Below, in pieces: positions 52,445 through 64,000 of a DNA stretch of 64,000 bases. Within the stretch, counting starts at the first letter, position 1. Every line of letters starts with the position of its first letter. The notes under the pieces were generated by a model. It saw nothing but the letters and a program-made list of their open reading frames with translations, did not search any database and had not been told where the DNA came from. Both the position numbers and the translations under genes were made by a program. This DNA comes from Tubiluchus corallicola (lineage: Eukaryota > Animalia > Priapulida): NCBI GenBank assembly GCA_030141605.1, contig JAQGDQ010000305.1, positions 124,001-188,000 on the forward strand. The letters are read 5' to 3'.

Positions 52445-55400
52445 CTATAGTATCTTTCTTTGCATCCTTCTTCTGGAAGACACGCGCCTGAATAAATTTA
52501 TAGGTTTCCTACATGTCACAACCAACTTGACGTCCGATCCCTCTACAAATATGACGTTTTCAAAAACGATGGTATTCTAAAAAATAAAGCACATACATTT
52601 CATTAACAGAGTGTTTCTTCAAACGCTAAAGTCAAGATACAAACTAATATTCGCTTTATTGGTTTATTCTTTTTATGGGTATAATGGTAAACATGATACT
52701 GAAAAACAAACAATGCCAGAGATAAACAGCCAGCCTGGCCAGTCCAGTCTAGTTCAGACCAGCCCACTCAGTGATCCGTTCAAATCCACTCCATCCACCG
52801 AGTCCAGTCCAGTCTAGTCGAGTCCTGTTCAGTTCAGTCAGGTAAAGTCTAGCTTCAGTCCTTTCAAATCCAATATAGTCTATTCCGCTGAATCCAGTCC
52901 AGTCCAGTTCAGCCCACTCAAGTCCAATCCAGTTCAGAAATATCCAATCCAGAAATATTTGTGTTTCACTGAATCTCCGTTGTTATATACTTAAAATCCA
53001 GAATTTTGGATTACAATGTACCCCGGAATTCATAGAATCTATTTAAAATAAAGTAAACAGCATGTACATAATTTATGTGTCCACTACATCTCGATATCAA
53101 CGCCACGCCCATCCGGGTTTGATAGTCTTGTTTGTCATTGTCTGGAGTGCGGACACTGGGCATTCGTTTTTGGAAAAACTTAGTTCTGTTCAAGACACGT
53201 CGACTTTTTGACGGTTAGGTATTGTTTCAATGAAAAAGATTCTTTGGGCAGCCTGACGTCATTGACGGCATGGTACTCGGTCTAATTAAATGTAGGTATT
53301 TTAGCAGTTCAACAGTTTAATAATAAAGTTCGCCATGCAAACTAAATAACTACCATGGGAGAGAGAGAGGGGAAAGTGAGAGAAAGAGAGGGCGAGAAGA
53401 AGCGTGAAAGAAAGAGAGAGAGAAAAAAAATAGAAAGCAAGAAGAGAAAGTGAAAAAGAAGGATCCTTGGCAGAGAGGTGAGAGAAAATGAGAAGAGTGA
53501 GAGAAAAGATTATTATTACTATAGCTCTTTAAAAATATATATTGATACGATACATACTAATTACATATACATATGTCTCTATTTGCAAGTGATATTTCTG
53601 TCAGTAGTTGTAAATTTTTTGCTACTGCATGGATTTTTATGCTGCACACAGAATGTATTCAAATTCTAATAGTCAAGAAATAATTTTAGTACCTTTGATT
53701 TTTATAATATTCTCAGTTATTTAAATAATCTCAATTATTTTATATAATGCCTACGCATTTTGGGAAAAGTGTGAAATAAATGTTTTTGCTGTGACACTTT
53801 TCCTCGACGTCTTGTACAATAAATAGGATTTATACAAAATGCGTAGAGTGACTTTGGAAATATGTAAAATGAACATTGAATTAAATTTTTCCTAGCTGTT
53901 ATATACATTACCTAGGCTTTGCATGGAACGCATAATACAACATAGCTAATGCATTAAGTTAAGCAAAGTAATTCAAGTAATTTATTGTAAGTTAACTGTT
54001 TTATTTGCATGGTTGCAACGTCACCATCTCTGACATGCTGCGCGATCAGGTAGATCACTTTCCATTTTGCTGGGTTCACTATTGTTCTTACGAATAATAT
54101 TTTCATCAACTTTTTGTGTGTGTGTAAGAATTTTTTAACGCTATGTACGAATTCTATGCACAGGCCAGTTTTCCTGAAAATCTTCTTAAAGCTTGCGTAA
54201 ACATTGTTTAGCATTTTAGCATATTGTGCTCAGTTTAACTAGTTACACTGGTGTTGTAATGGAAGAAGAAGAAGAAGAGGTTAAACTCTCTCTCTCCCCC
54301 TCTCTCTCTCTCTTTCTCTCTCTCTCCCTTTCTCTCTCTCTCGTTTGCCTGTCCAACTACCTATTTATCGCTTAGTCTGTCTGCCTGTCTATCTACCTGT
54401 CTGTCTATTCATCTAGCTACATAAAATTTATTTATTTATTTGTCTATCCACCGACCAACCGATTGAATTAATTTTTAGATTAACTACGATTTAATCAGCA
54501 TTTCGTAAAATGTCCAGGAAAAACATATTCAAAATCTAAGAATTACACTTTGCCTATACAAACTTATGCATTATATTTAACACCTAGAAAAATGTAGAAG
54601 GAACTATTTAAGACACTTTACCTGGTTTGTTTTGGCACTCTATAAAATGCCTAGACATTCTACAGAATACCCGATTTCACAGCTTGCCAGTAACATATAC
54701 TAATATAAAAAATCTTCGTTAAAATTATTACATAGTATTTGTAATCATGTATGTTGTCAATATAATCTATTGTCAATACATTTTTCTCATTTTCTTAACA
54801 TCAATTATTACACACTGTTGGACTCGTAATTTGCACAGCATCCATGTTTAACAAACGTAGCTCAACTAAGTCTTTTTCACGTTTACTTAGCATTTTTGAC
54901 ATAAATTTTACTTCAATCGTTTTGGTATACTATGTCTAAGCGAAGTACGAAAGTTTGCCCACCATCCAGGCTGTTGACACATACTGAATTATTGGTAAAA
55001 TCAGCATTTTGTAAACCACAGTAACAGTTGACAGAGTTAATCCTTTAAAATCTTGCAACACTTCTTTTTTATCATTAATCATCTGTTCAAGGCAAACTTT
55101 TTAAATTCTTCTGTGTGTTCTACAAAATTTAATTTTTTGTCGATGACTATACGCAAACTTTGCTTTTGTCTACATAACTGATTTCCTCATTACCTATTTA
55201 CCTATTTTGATTTTACTCAATCAATTTAATTCTCGTCACAACTATTTGGAATTATTTCTATTTTGCTTGGTTGGCAATTTACAGTAAGGTGCCATTTATA
55301 GCATCAGTTTTAAAGTTTATCGTAACAAAGCTGCATAATCTGTTGGCAGTTTTGCATTGTTCGACTACAAATAACAATGGTGATAGTATGGAACATTGTA

Positions 55401-58400
55401 TTAATCCTGTTTTGATTAGATAATCATTTGGTTCGTTGTTTCTGATTTTCAAGGTAAAAAATTTTCTTATCTAAAAAGTTTTTTATAAGTCCTAATATGT
55501 TTCCTTTTTAACAACCTCTAAGAGTTTGTACAACAGCTCACTTGTCTACACGCTGTCGAAGGCGTTCTGAAAATCGCAGCACAACATCATTGTCTTATTG
55601 CCTTGTAGCATAAAGTCTTGCGCAGTAAAGATTAGTCGTAATTTTCTGAATCTGTTTGTTATCATTTCCTCTATTAGTTTCCATAATATGACGATATGCT
55701 GATTGAGTGATAGGTGGACAGAGAGCTGTGCGATTCTTTACCAAGGAAAAGTGAAATCTTGAAAATCACGTTTTTCTAGGAGAAATCTCTTTCATACAGT
55801 CATACATTTAAGTGCGTGATCTCAAGCATAAATTACTTAATTTTACTTGAAATTTAATTGCAGCATGACGGTCTTAGGCAAAACCCGTTATTCTTTATTA
55901 TAACTGGATGTGAGGCATCTATATCTACACTTTTTCCATTGGTGTTAACTTCTTTTTTGCACACAATACAAAATTCCGATTGATTTCCAATAAACAGTGA
56001 TGCGGACCTTTATATTTTGTTCTCAACGTAAAGCTTCTAGTTTTCATTGAAATTACTATCGTAATCGTCATTGTTATTAAAAAATATTTTGTAAAAGCTT
56101 CGCACTTGTCTTTACTATCACTTAGGTTTTTGTTGTCGGTTTAGGTTGTCGTACTTTCTGATGTTAGTTGCAGAACTCATGTATTGTGTGCGTAATTTAT
56201 GATATCTTTTGCAAAATATGCTTCCACTATGTACATTTTTAATAATCTGGAAAGCTCGGGCAATCAGAAGGTTTCGAATAGCTGCACACTTTCTTGTTTA
56301 ACAAGGTTTCTTCTTTAGTCTCCCCAATCAAGCGCTTGAATAATCTCCACGTTTCTGTCATTCCTTGATTTATGTATTCCACAAACTCGGGGAATACTGC
56401 ATGAACTTTAGTTCTTGACCGATATATCCAATTATTTTGCTTAAAAACATAAACAGTTTACTAGATGATGGACGAGAACCCATTATTTTTATCACAACAG
56501 GGTAATGTCCCAAAGGGTAACTCCACTAAACAACTCTTCGTCTTTTTCTACTTTCTTGCATGATAACGTGGTGCTAAAGTAATGTCTATTTTGTTCTTTC
56601 CGTTATATGTTATAGATGTTTCTTCTGCAATTGCTTTAATGTGCAATGAAGAGTTATTTGCTCTAACTGCATTTATCAGTATACTTCAAAAGTGTATTTC
56701 ACTTGTAGTCCCATTGTATTTAGGTGTCTGGCGTTGTAGTCGCCTATGTTATAGCTATAGTTAATAGGTAGGCAGTAAATCATGTTTGCCCACAAAAAGT
56801 CACTAACTTTTTTGCAACGAACTAATAAAGCTTCACATTTGGCTTTGTGTTTCTGCTGGTGGATAAACAGATGCAACTAGTGTTTTCAGGCCTCTGTTTC
56901 TACCATATCCCAGGTGGAATCAATTGCATTACCCTCTAGCTCGGATATTCTGCTACTGATGCAGATTCTTACTATGAAAAAAGCAGTTCCACCTATTGGG
57001 GGATTTCTAATTAAATTTAGTCATGCAACTTTTGCATTTACATCTTTTAATTAAAACTTGTTAGAATATAGTTTGCTTTATTTTAATCTAACTAATGCCT
57101 TTTGTTCCAGGTTCGTTTATTTAAATGCTTGTCTATTTTCCTATTTGAAAATAGTCTGCAGTACTTTATTTAACAGTTATCTGGTTTATAGTAAATAGCA
57201 ATAACAACTTACGCGATGTCGTCGCTTTTTGGTACCACAACTGTGAAAGGGTATGATCATATTTAGATACTCCTTGCCGGTTCCATGGGTTGAACACCTT
57301 GGACGGCCAGCATGTCGGCTGGATGCTCCATTATATGGTTCCTGCTCGTTTAGACTTTCAGCGTCAGTGGAAACTGTCCCATAGAAATTCTTGTCAAACT
57401 TCAGTGAGACTCGTAATTTATCGCAGTATAAGAAACAGTTTGCTACAAGAAACAAAAAAGAGAGACAACACTTATTACTCCATCAAACTCGTGAATTTTA
57501 TTGACATAATCATTACATTTGTTCTAATTTTGGGAAAATTGTATCACTTGCTACGAAATTTCACAAACCTACAGCATTTAAAGAGCCGAACATGATAAAT
57601 TTTAGAATTTGAAGAGGAAATTCATTGCGGATAGCTTTCAAAATGGCTTCCAAGTTTTTCTGTGCTTCTCCAAGGAAAGCTGCTAAATCAACTCTGACAC
57701 CACCATTATTAAGAAAACAGTACTACGTTTTAGGTAGGCCTCGGTGTGTTAGCAGTTTCATTCTGAGGCATCTGACAATCGCTTAGAAAATGTCAGTCGT
57801 AATGAATTTTTTTCAAACCTTAACCTTTATCATGCTCGGTTCTTCAGATTGTATGTCTGTGAAAATTTATAGCAAATGATGGACTTTTTGCAAAATTAAA
57901 ATAAATGTAATGTTTTTTGTGATTCTGCTGGACTTTAGTTTTTGAAAAACAGGACTAGGAAAAAGAGTGCACTGTGATTACAAAATCTGTTGTGAATGCA
58001 CAGTAGAAACGTGATACTATCTCTACGGAAAGTAAAAACGCTTACAGGCATTTTATTCTCACGATAAAAGCATATTATTGCATGTCGCTTATATAAGCGG
58101 AAATCAATTCTATTAAATTATGCTCACCACGAATTGAATACGCTGCATTATTAGCCGACAGAAAATTTGTATTACCATCCTTGTCTACATAATAACTTCT
58201 TGAATTTCTGGAATCATCTCCACGACTTCTGTGAAGGATATTAAGTTAAAAAAATCAAGAAAACAACTGAAACTTTTAAACAAAATAGGTACTAAATGTA
58301 TTGACTGGTGCTTGGGTACAATGTACACTTACAAACAAATTGCTTGCCTCTATTGTTTGAAAAAATTGTGTGTATTTGTAATGATATGGACGAAATTGTT

Positions 58401-61400
58401 CGAAATAAAGTAATTCAATCAATCAATCTATCAATCAATGTTCGGTATTGAAACAACTTTTGTTCAATTGTGCACATTTTTCATTTTTGCTGAAAAATGA
58501 CAGTAAGATTTGTCCCCCATTTTTTATTATTTAACTGTGATAATCCTAATTATGGATTTAGATTTTAAAGAAGCTATGTGGATGATCAATAATTCAAAAT
58601 CAGATGTAGATGCTTTTGAAAAGGAAAACATTTTCTGACTACTGGATTTCATTTCTACGTTATTTTTCATGCGCATTCCAATTCGGATTTTTAAGCTAAG
58701 TAAATCAGGCATCCCATAGTGTTTATCTTTTCAAACTAAGGTAATTCTGAATCGTCGTATCTCCAGTCTGTATGCCTTGGGGAAATAATAGATAGCGAAA
58801 TATGGTACACTGGCGAAGTGAACCCTCTCTAAATTTGTATTTGCACTACTTCTATTATATGAATTTACATGCCCAAAAATGCATTAGCGAAATGAAGTGC
58901 TAGTAAAATAATAGACTGACAAAATGATGTATTTGACAACTGCTAGACCGGACTTGTATTCTATCTGTTAGCGATCTGCTAGCTAACTAGACCGTAACTT
59001 AATCGAAAATCTACATTTTAAGATCTTGTCTATAATGTGATAACAACGGTTTTAAAATTCTAAATATGACAACATCAGTAAACCATGATGTAAATCATTC
59101 GTCTCGTGCACGTCATCATGCAAATGTCCACTTTCTTAACTGTTAATGTGTTTTTTAATAGAATAACAATGATTTTTTAGAAACGTCTTATTGTTGAATT
59201 TTAAATCTTAGTTTCTCTAATCAATTCTTTCTTTTTATTTTGAAGATGAACAATTGCTTGTTCAAATCGCATGGCTCTCATATAATATAAACAAATAAAT
59301 AAATAAAATAAAATAAAATAAAATAAATAAATAAATAATGGGCTTTATTAAATACTGAATACAAGACGAATACAATACTGAATACGAGAAAAAGAGTAAA
59401 AAACACAACAAGCAATAAAACATGAAATCCTATTAGAGGCATTGCTTATAAGATAAAAATTTGGAGAAATGGCATCAAAAAGTCAGTAAAACAGTTTAAA
59501 ACCAAATGTGACAATAAATCTTTTACTATAATCTAGAAAGTAGTTTCTCATTACTATTTACTGTTCTAATTACAACAGGTTTGTAAGAATTTTCTAGGAA
59601 CGTGTTTATTATTTCTCAATATCATTTGCTTACCTACCTTAAACTTAACGGATGAATCATGTTCACTTCTCCAGGGATCGTGATATTTTCACTATATTGC
59701 ATTACATTTTTGTCTGCGCTTGCAATACGTGAATCAGAGTTTCTGGTTGTTCCATTTTTTCTTTTACTGTAGGCTAATCGTCCACCAGTGCCGACTTCTT
59801 CGTAAGAGAAATCCATATCACTTCTTTTTAGCAAATTTTTTGCTTTGCGTTGGTCATGGGATTGCGGAGTTTGGTAGAATGGAGCGGTACATCTTCTTTT
59901 GCAAGAATTTCCTCTATGCCTTCTAAAAAGCAATATCATACGTAATTTAATACAAAATGATACGTATGTATACGCAATTGCACATTTGTAATGTACAGGT
60001 GTTATGGTTTTAAGATACATATTCTTACTCAAAATTAAGTGCTCTTTCTTATGGTAAGCAAAATAAAGTGAGTAAGTGATCTCATGGTTTTCTCGTTTGA
60101 TTTTATTTACTCTTTCCATTTCTTTTGACCACGGGAGTGTGTAATCATTTCATGACGCCCTTATAATAATGTGCGTGATACTCGGTGTTTTATGGGCACA
60201 ATATGCTTTTAAAACAATAGTCGAAAACACTTTCATGTAACGGGTAATGATATTACGCTTAACATAAATGAGTTAAAATGATAATTTTACCAAACGCAAT
60301 TTTACAAAATTTAATAATAATGAAAACAAATTTGTATTCACATTTATCTACCTTAGCGTTGAAAGTTTGAAGACTTCGCCAACTGTGAAAGCTTTTTCGT
60401 CGTCTTCAATGAATGGAATGTTGTCTTTTTTTATTAATGGCTCTCCTTCGTTGTACACAGAGAACGAGTAAGCGTTGTTCTTTGTTGATTTCGTACCTTC
60501 TGCATGTGTGAGACGAGATGTCTGGGCGTTGTTTATTCCAGAATTTTGCTTCAAGTCTTTTGGTGAAGCAGGTGCAGTAAGCAAACTAACGTCATCATCT
60601 CTTTTTCTGTGACTAGCGCTACTTCCACTATCCAGTTTGAGGTTACGTACCTGATGACGGGTTTCGCCTGGCCACCTACTACCCTCACTTGTGCCAGCCG
60701 GGAATGAATCACCTGTTTGAAAACTAAAAATGGCAGTCATTTTGACGTATGTCCCGCGATACCCATTCGTTCCAGAAACTGAAGGCTAGTACAGCTGGAA
60801 CCATGTTCAGTCACAATGATACAAGAGTACGTACAATGACAATGTTCGTGCCATGGTTGGGCCAAAGGAAAGTGTGATCTACATAATCATACCACATCAA
60901 CGTGATTCAGTATAACTAATTGATCACCGTTTTTTTAATTCTAGTATCCTATCGATCCCGTCTTCCCCCAAAGCACACTTTGGTGCTTACTTTGGTACTT
61001 TGGTATTAAGACATATACTACCACCCAATTAAACAGTAATTCCTCCATTATTCCTCCAGTAACCCCCCATTACCCTTCCAAAACACATTTCTTGGCACAC
61101 ATAGTTTGCCTCATCAGTTAGCCTAATATTTAGTTATAAAATGTTGTTCGTTTCATAAATGTTAAAGGGTCGAAAAAATCCCAAGAATGAAAATTGTAAC
61201 TAGAATGTAAGTAACCATAATCAGGCGACGACTTTTGAGCTTGTGCACTTCTTAGCTATCTTCAAAACATATGGACTTAACGATACATATAACAACTATA
61301 ATTACTCACACAAATGTTGGTGTTCGAGGCAAGTACATATTACTTAGAGCTTGTTGGCCATGTTGGTCGAACGATGTACGGAAATTTTGCTTGTGGCGCA

Positions 61401-61593
61401 AGTTCGAGGCACTCTTCGCATCGCGAAACCAATCGATGTTGTTGTTCACCGAAAAAGGCGAATTCTTACCATCGGTTGGCGAAAAACTGGTCGCCTGTCG
61501 CATTCTTGGCTGCAGTTTCGCATACCAACTTCGGAGAAAAGGCTGAATATATTTGCCATGAGGACTGTCTAAAATCCGCAAAGATTTAGTCGC
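52445..61593 (-). CDS. ZP-N domain protein, paralog A: long low-complexity N-terminal region + C-terminal ZP-N; 5' end not identified
   Basis: Phase-consistent GT-AG exons 61593-61310, 60723-60352, 59922-59638, 58228-58128, 57442-57213 (ANCFLYCDKLRVSLKFDKNFYGTVSTD...PRCSTHGTGKEYLNMIIPFHSCGT) and 52576-52445 (NTIVFENVIFVEGSDVKLVVTCRKP...*). Confidence 0.75.
52728..52950. repeat. Degenerate (AGTCC)n pentanucleotide tract
   Basis: Directly visible. Confidence 0.8.
53700..54230 (-). mobile_element. Penelope-like element relic (GIY-YIG region)
   Basis: KKIFRKTGLCIEFVHSVK followed by CISYVVLCVPCKA*VMYI...F...H, resembling VIYxIxCxxCxxxYIG. Confidence 0.4.
54600..57000 (-). mobile_element. Degenerate LINE ORF2 (APE endonuclease + reverse transcriptase; CR1/L2/I-like)
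   Basis: In the expected order on -: LVASVYPP, IGDYNARH (APE), CDFQNAFDSV*TSELLYKL (RT), YKMLILPIIQYVSTAW, and a C-terminal Cys/His remnant. Heavily frameshifted. Confidence 0.75.
57505..57915. mobile_element. Diverged MITE/foldback element (~130-bp arms)
   Basis: cattacatttgttctaattttgggaaaa...gagccgaacatgataaa mirrored by tttatcatgctcggttc...tttttgcaaaattaaaataaatgtaatg. Confidence 0.7.
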
Positions 61594-62616
61594 CTGAAAG
61601 CTGAAAAGAATTGTGAAATCTGAAAGGAGTTGCAAATACATTTTCACTTACTAGTTCAATACTTTTTTTAGTTAATATTAGCTTACTTTCGATATCGAGC
61701 AAGCTTGTATAAATTAAAGTAAAACAATCAGCGTTTAGTACGAAAACAGATTTTTCCAAACTGTTATTTTCTTGTTTGTTTGTCCAGCTTGTGATAATAA
61801 TAGAGTTTACTCCGCTGGTCCTAGTAGCTATTTTACTTAGAAAGGTTACTCGACTAGCTTGCTTACTTCTGCTTAGCGCAGTTTTTTGCAGCTGAGATAT
61901 TTTTAGTAATTAAGTTAAACATTCAACCATTGAAATACGGTGAATTGTGGTGAGTTTTCCTCTTTGGTTACGCAAAAATCTTATTGTTACTGTCTTATAA
62001 TCTAAATGAAGAGGTAATCTAAGGCTTTGCACAATATAAGTAATTAGCACTATTTTCACATTGTCTTCAGCACTTTTTTATATTGGCAGTTTAACTACAA
62101 AGTAAGCACAATTCACGTATGTGATACGTGAAGTCATTATCGAGGTAGATGTAGGTTAAGTGACAGGCAAATGCACCTAATTTTGATAATTAAAATTTTC
62201 GTGTCCAACATGCTGATATGAGTCCATTTAATGTTAACATAAAGAGTTAATTAACATTGTAATTATATAAATTTTTGTGAGACTATATATATTTTGTGAG
62301 AAAAATTGCAGTCTTGCGCAAAGAAAATTCCAAACCTATGCTATTATGTAAATAACAGTCAAGTAAATTTAAGATTAAAGTATGGTTGTACTGTAGTTCT
62401 AAACGAAAATGTAAAGTTAAAGGTAAAAAACTCCTTTAAAGATTACGTTTTAAGATACCTGTTATAGATTCTTGCAACACCGTATATTGTGATATATTAC
62501 AAGTGGATACTACAAAGTTGTATTTCTATAGATATGTTACTTTACTAACACCCCATTATCTGTTTTACTAACACCCTGTTGTCCTTGTAAGCTGTATAGT
62601 TTTATGCGAAATGATC

Positions 62617-62736
<120 letters not shown>

Positions 62737-63351
62737 TGTGTAAAAAATCTTAAAAACAGCTACTTCTGCGGAATCAGTATTTATAATTTTTTGTGCTGTT
62801 AATAAATAATAATATGAAAAATATTTAATCAAAATTTTTATTAAAATTTAATCAGAATAAACCTACAGTTATTAATTTCTTGTGACAAAAGAAGACAACT
62901 TAAGACAAGATTGTACACGACACGCCCACAATTACTTAATTTTTGATATCAAACTTGAAAGAATAAAATGTGTAAAGGAGGAATCCAGCATAGATTTCAA
63001 ACTGGGATTATCAGATTTCAACCAAAAAAACTTCAGCTATGAGATCAGATGAGATGAGACAAGACGAGACCAGACAAGGACAAGACAAGATAAGATCTTT
63101 ATTAAAACTCTATAGCTACAATGAGCCATACGCTCCGTTACATCCAGGTCGAGTGTACTAAAACGATACAAAATATAAGTAAACAAAAACATGCAAAATG
63201 AAATACAAATTAAAACCATACAATCTATGCATGCAGTTACGAAATTATCCAAAAAATAAAAGATTTAAAAGATTTTGTTTTTGAGGTTTAAGTTCGATTG
63301 ATAAAATAAATATAAATTGATTAAAAAGAAAAAATTCACCATATGTAATCT

Positions 63352-63367
63352 GTGTGTGCGTGCGTGC

Positions 63368-63401
<34 letters not shown>
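63352..63401. repeat. (GT)n/(GTGC)n microsatellite
   Basis: Directly visible. Confidence 0.95.
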
Positions 63402-63404
<3 letters not shown>

Positions 63405-64000
63405 TGTATAAAAAGACCAAATTTATGAATTTAAAAGCACGTACGTAGCAATATAATTGTAAGCTTACAAGCACATAGTCTTGACCACAAATTAATAGTC
63501 AGATAATTTTACTAACTCAAGCTAAAATATTTTATACGCTCTTAGTTAGATAAATGAGTCTGCGGCTGTCTGAACCTGTTTGAAATCAGTGACAAATAAA
63601 ATATCTAAGTAAGTACCATTGTATAATTTCTTGTCGCTTTACTGTTTAATTAACCATGTCAGCCACAGTTTAATTTCCATTTAGTCCAATATTCTGAGTT
63701 TCAAAATAATACGACTAAACACGTAAACAACACAAATAAATAACAACGGGCACAAACACAAAATACATCAAAAGCAAACAGAAAACAAAGACTAAAAAGA
63801 AAACGTAGATGAAAATTTTTGTACGCTCACATGTTACAATTGCAGCGATACACGACAGCAGTCATAGCACGACGCAAGATCTTAAGACAAAGCGCGAAAA
63901 ATTGTTAAACAAATAATTAACTAACAAAATCAAGACCTTTCAGTGGCCGGGAATGGGAAAATCCGTTGAAGCTGCAGCCGGGACTTCTGCAAGTCTTTTT

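Noticed and set aside
63830-64000. First exon of paralog A
   Set aside because: The hydrophobic frame before a GTGAGC donor contains an in-frame TGA and phases do not match exon 61593; unresolved.

Overview
AT-rich, intron-dense genomic DNA from an invertebrate animal, not a prokaryote. The left half holds a head-to-head housekeeping cluster. LRRC57 is on the minus strand (5' part only, GC-AG first intron). RPAP1 is on the plus strand (26 reconstructed coding exons, ~1,400 aa). An intronless RAD51C sits on the same strand just upstream of, and probably inside intron 1 of, RPAP1, and appears to share its leader exon. The right half is a lineage-specific, repeat-rich region. It contains a decayed EB/EGF + Sema-domain pseudogene and two tandem minus-strand paralogs encoding ZP-N-only proteins. 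It also contains a three-exon 77-aa gene missed by the ORF track (signal peptide + Arg/Gly-rich core + acidic tail) that looks like an antimicrobial peptide precursor. Introns and intergenic DNA carry LINE, Penelope, gypsy, RTE and Tc1 relics, tRNA/5S-related SINE pieces, many hairpin MITE/foldback elements and microsatellites. All gene models were built by hand from splice sites and reading-frame phase; family names come from remembered motifs, not database searches.
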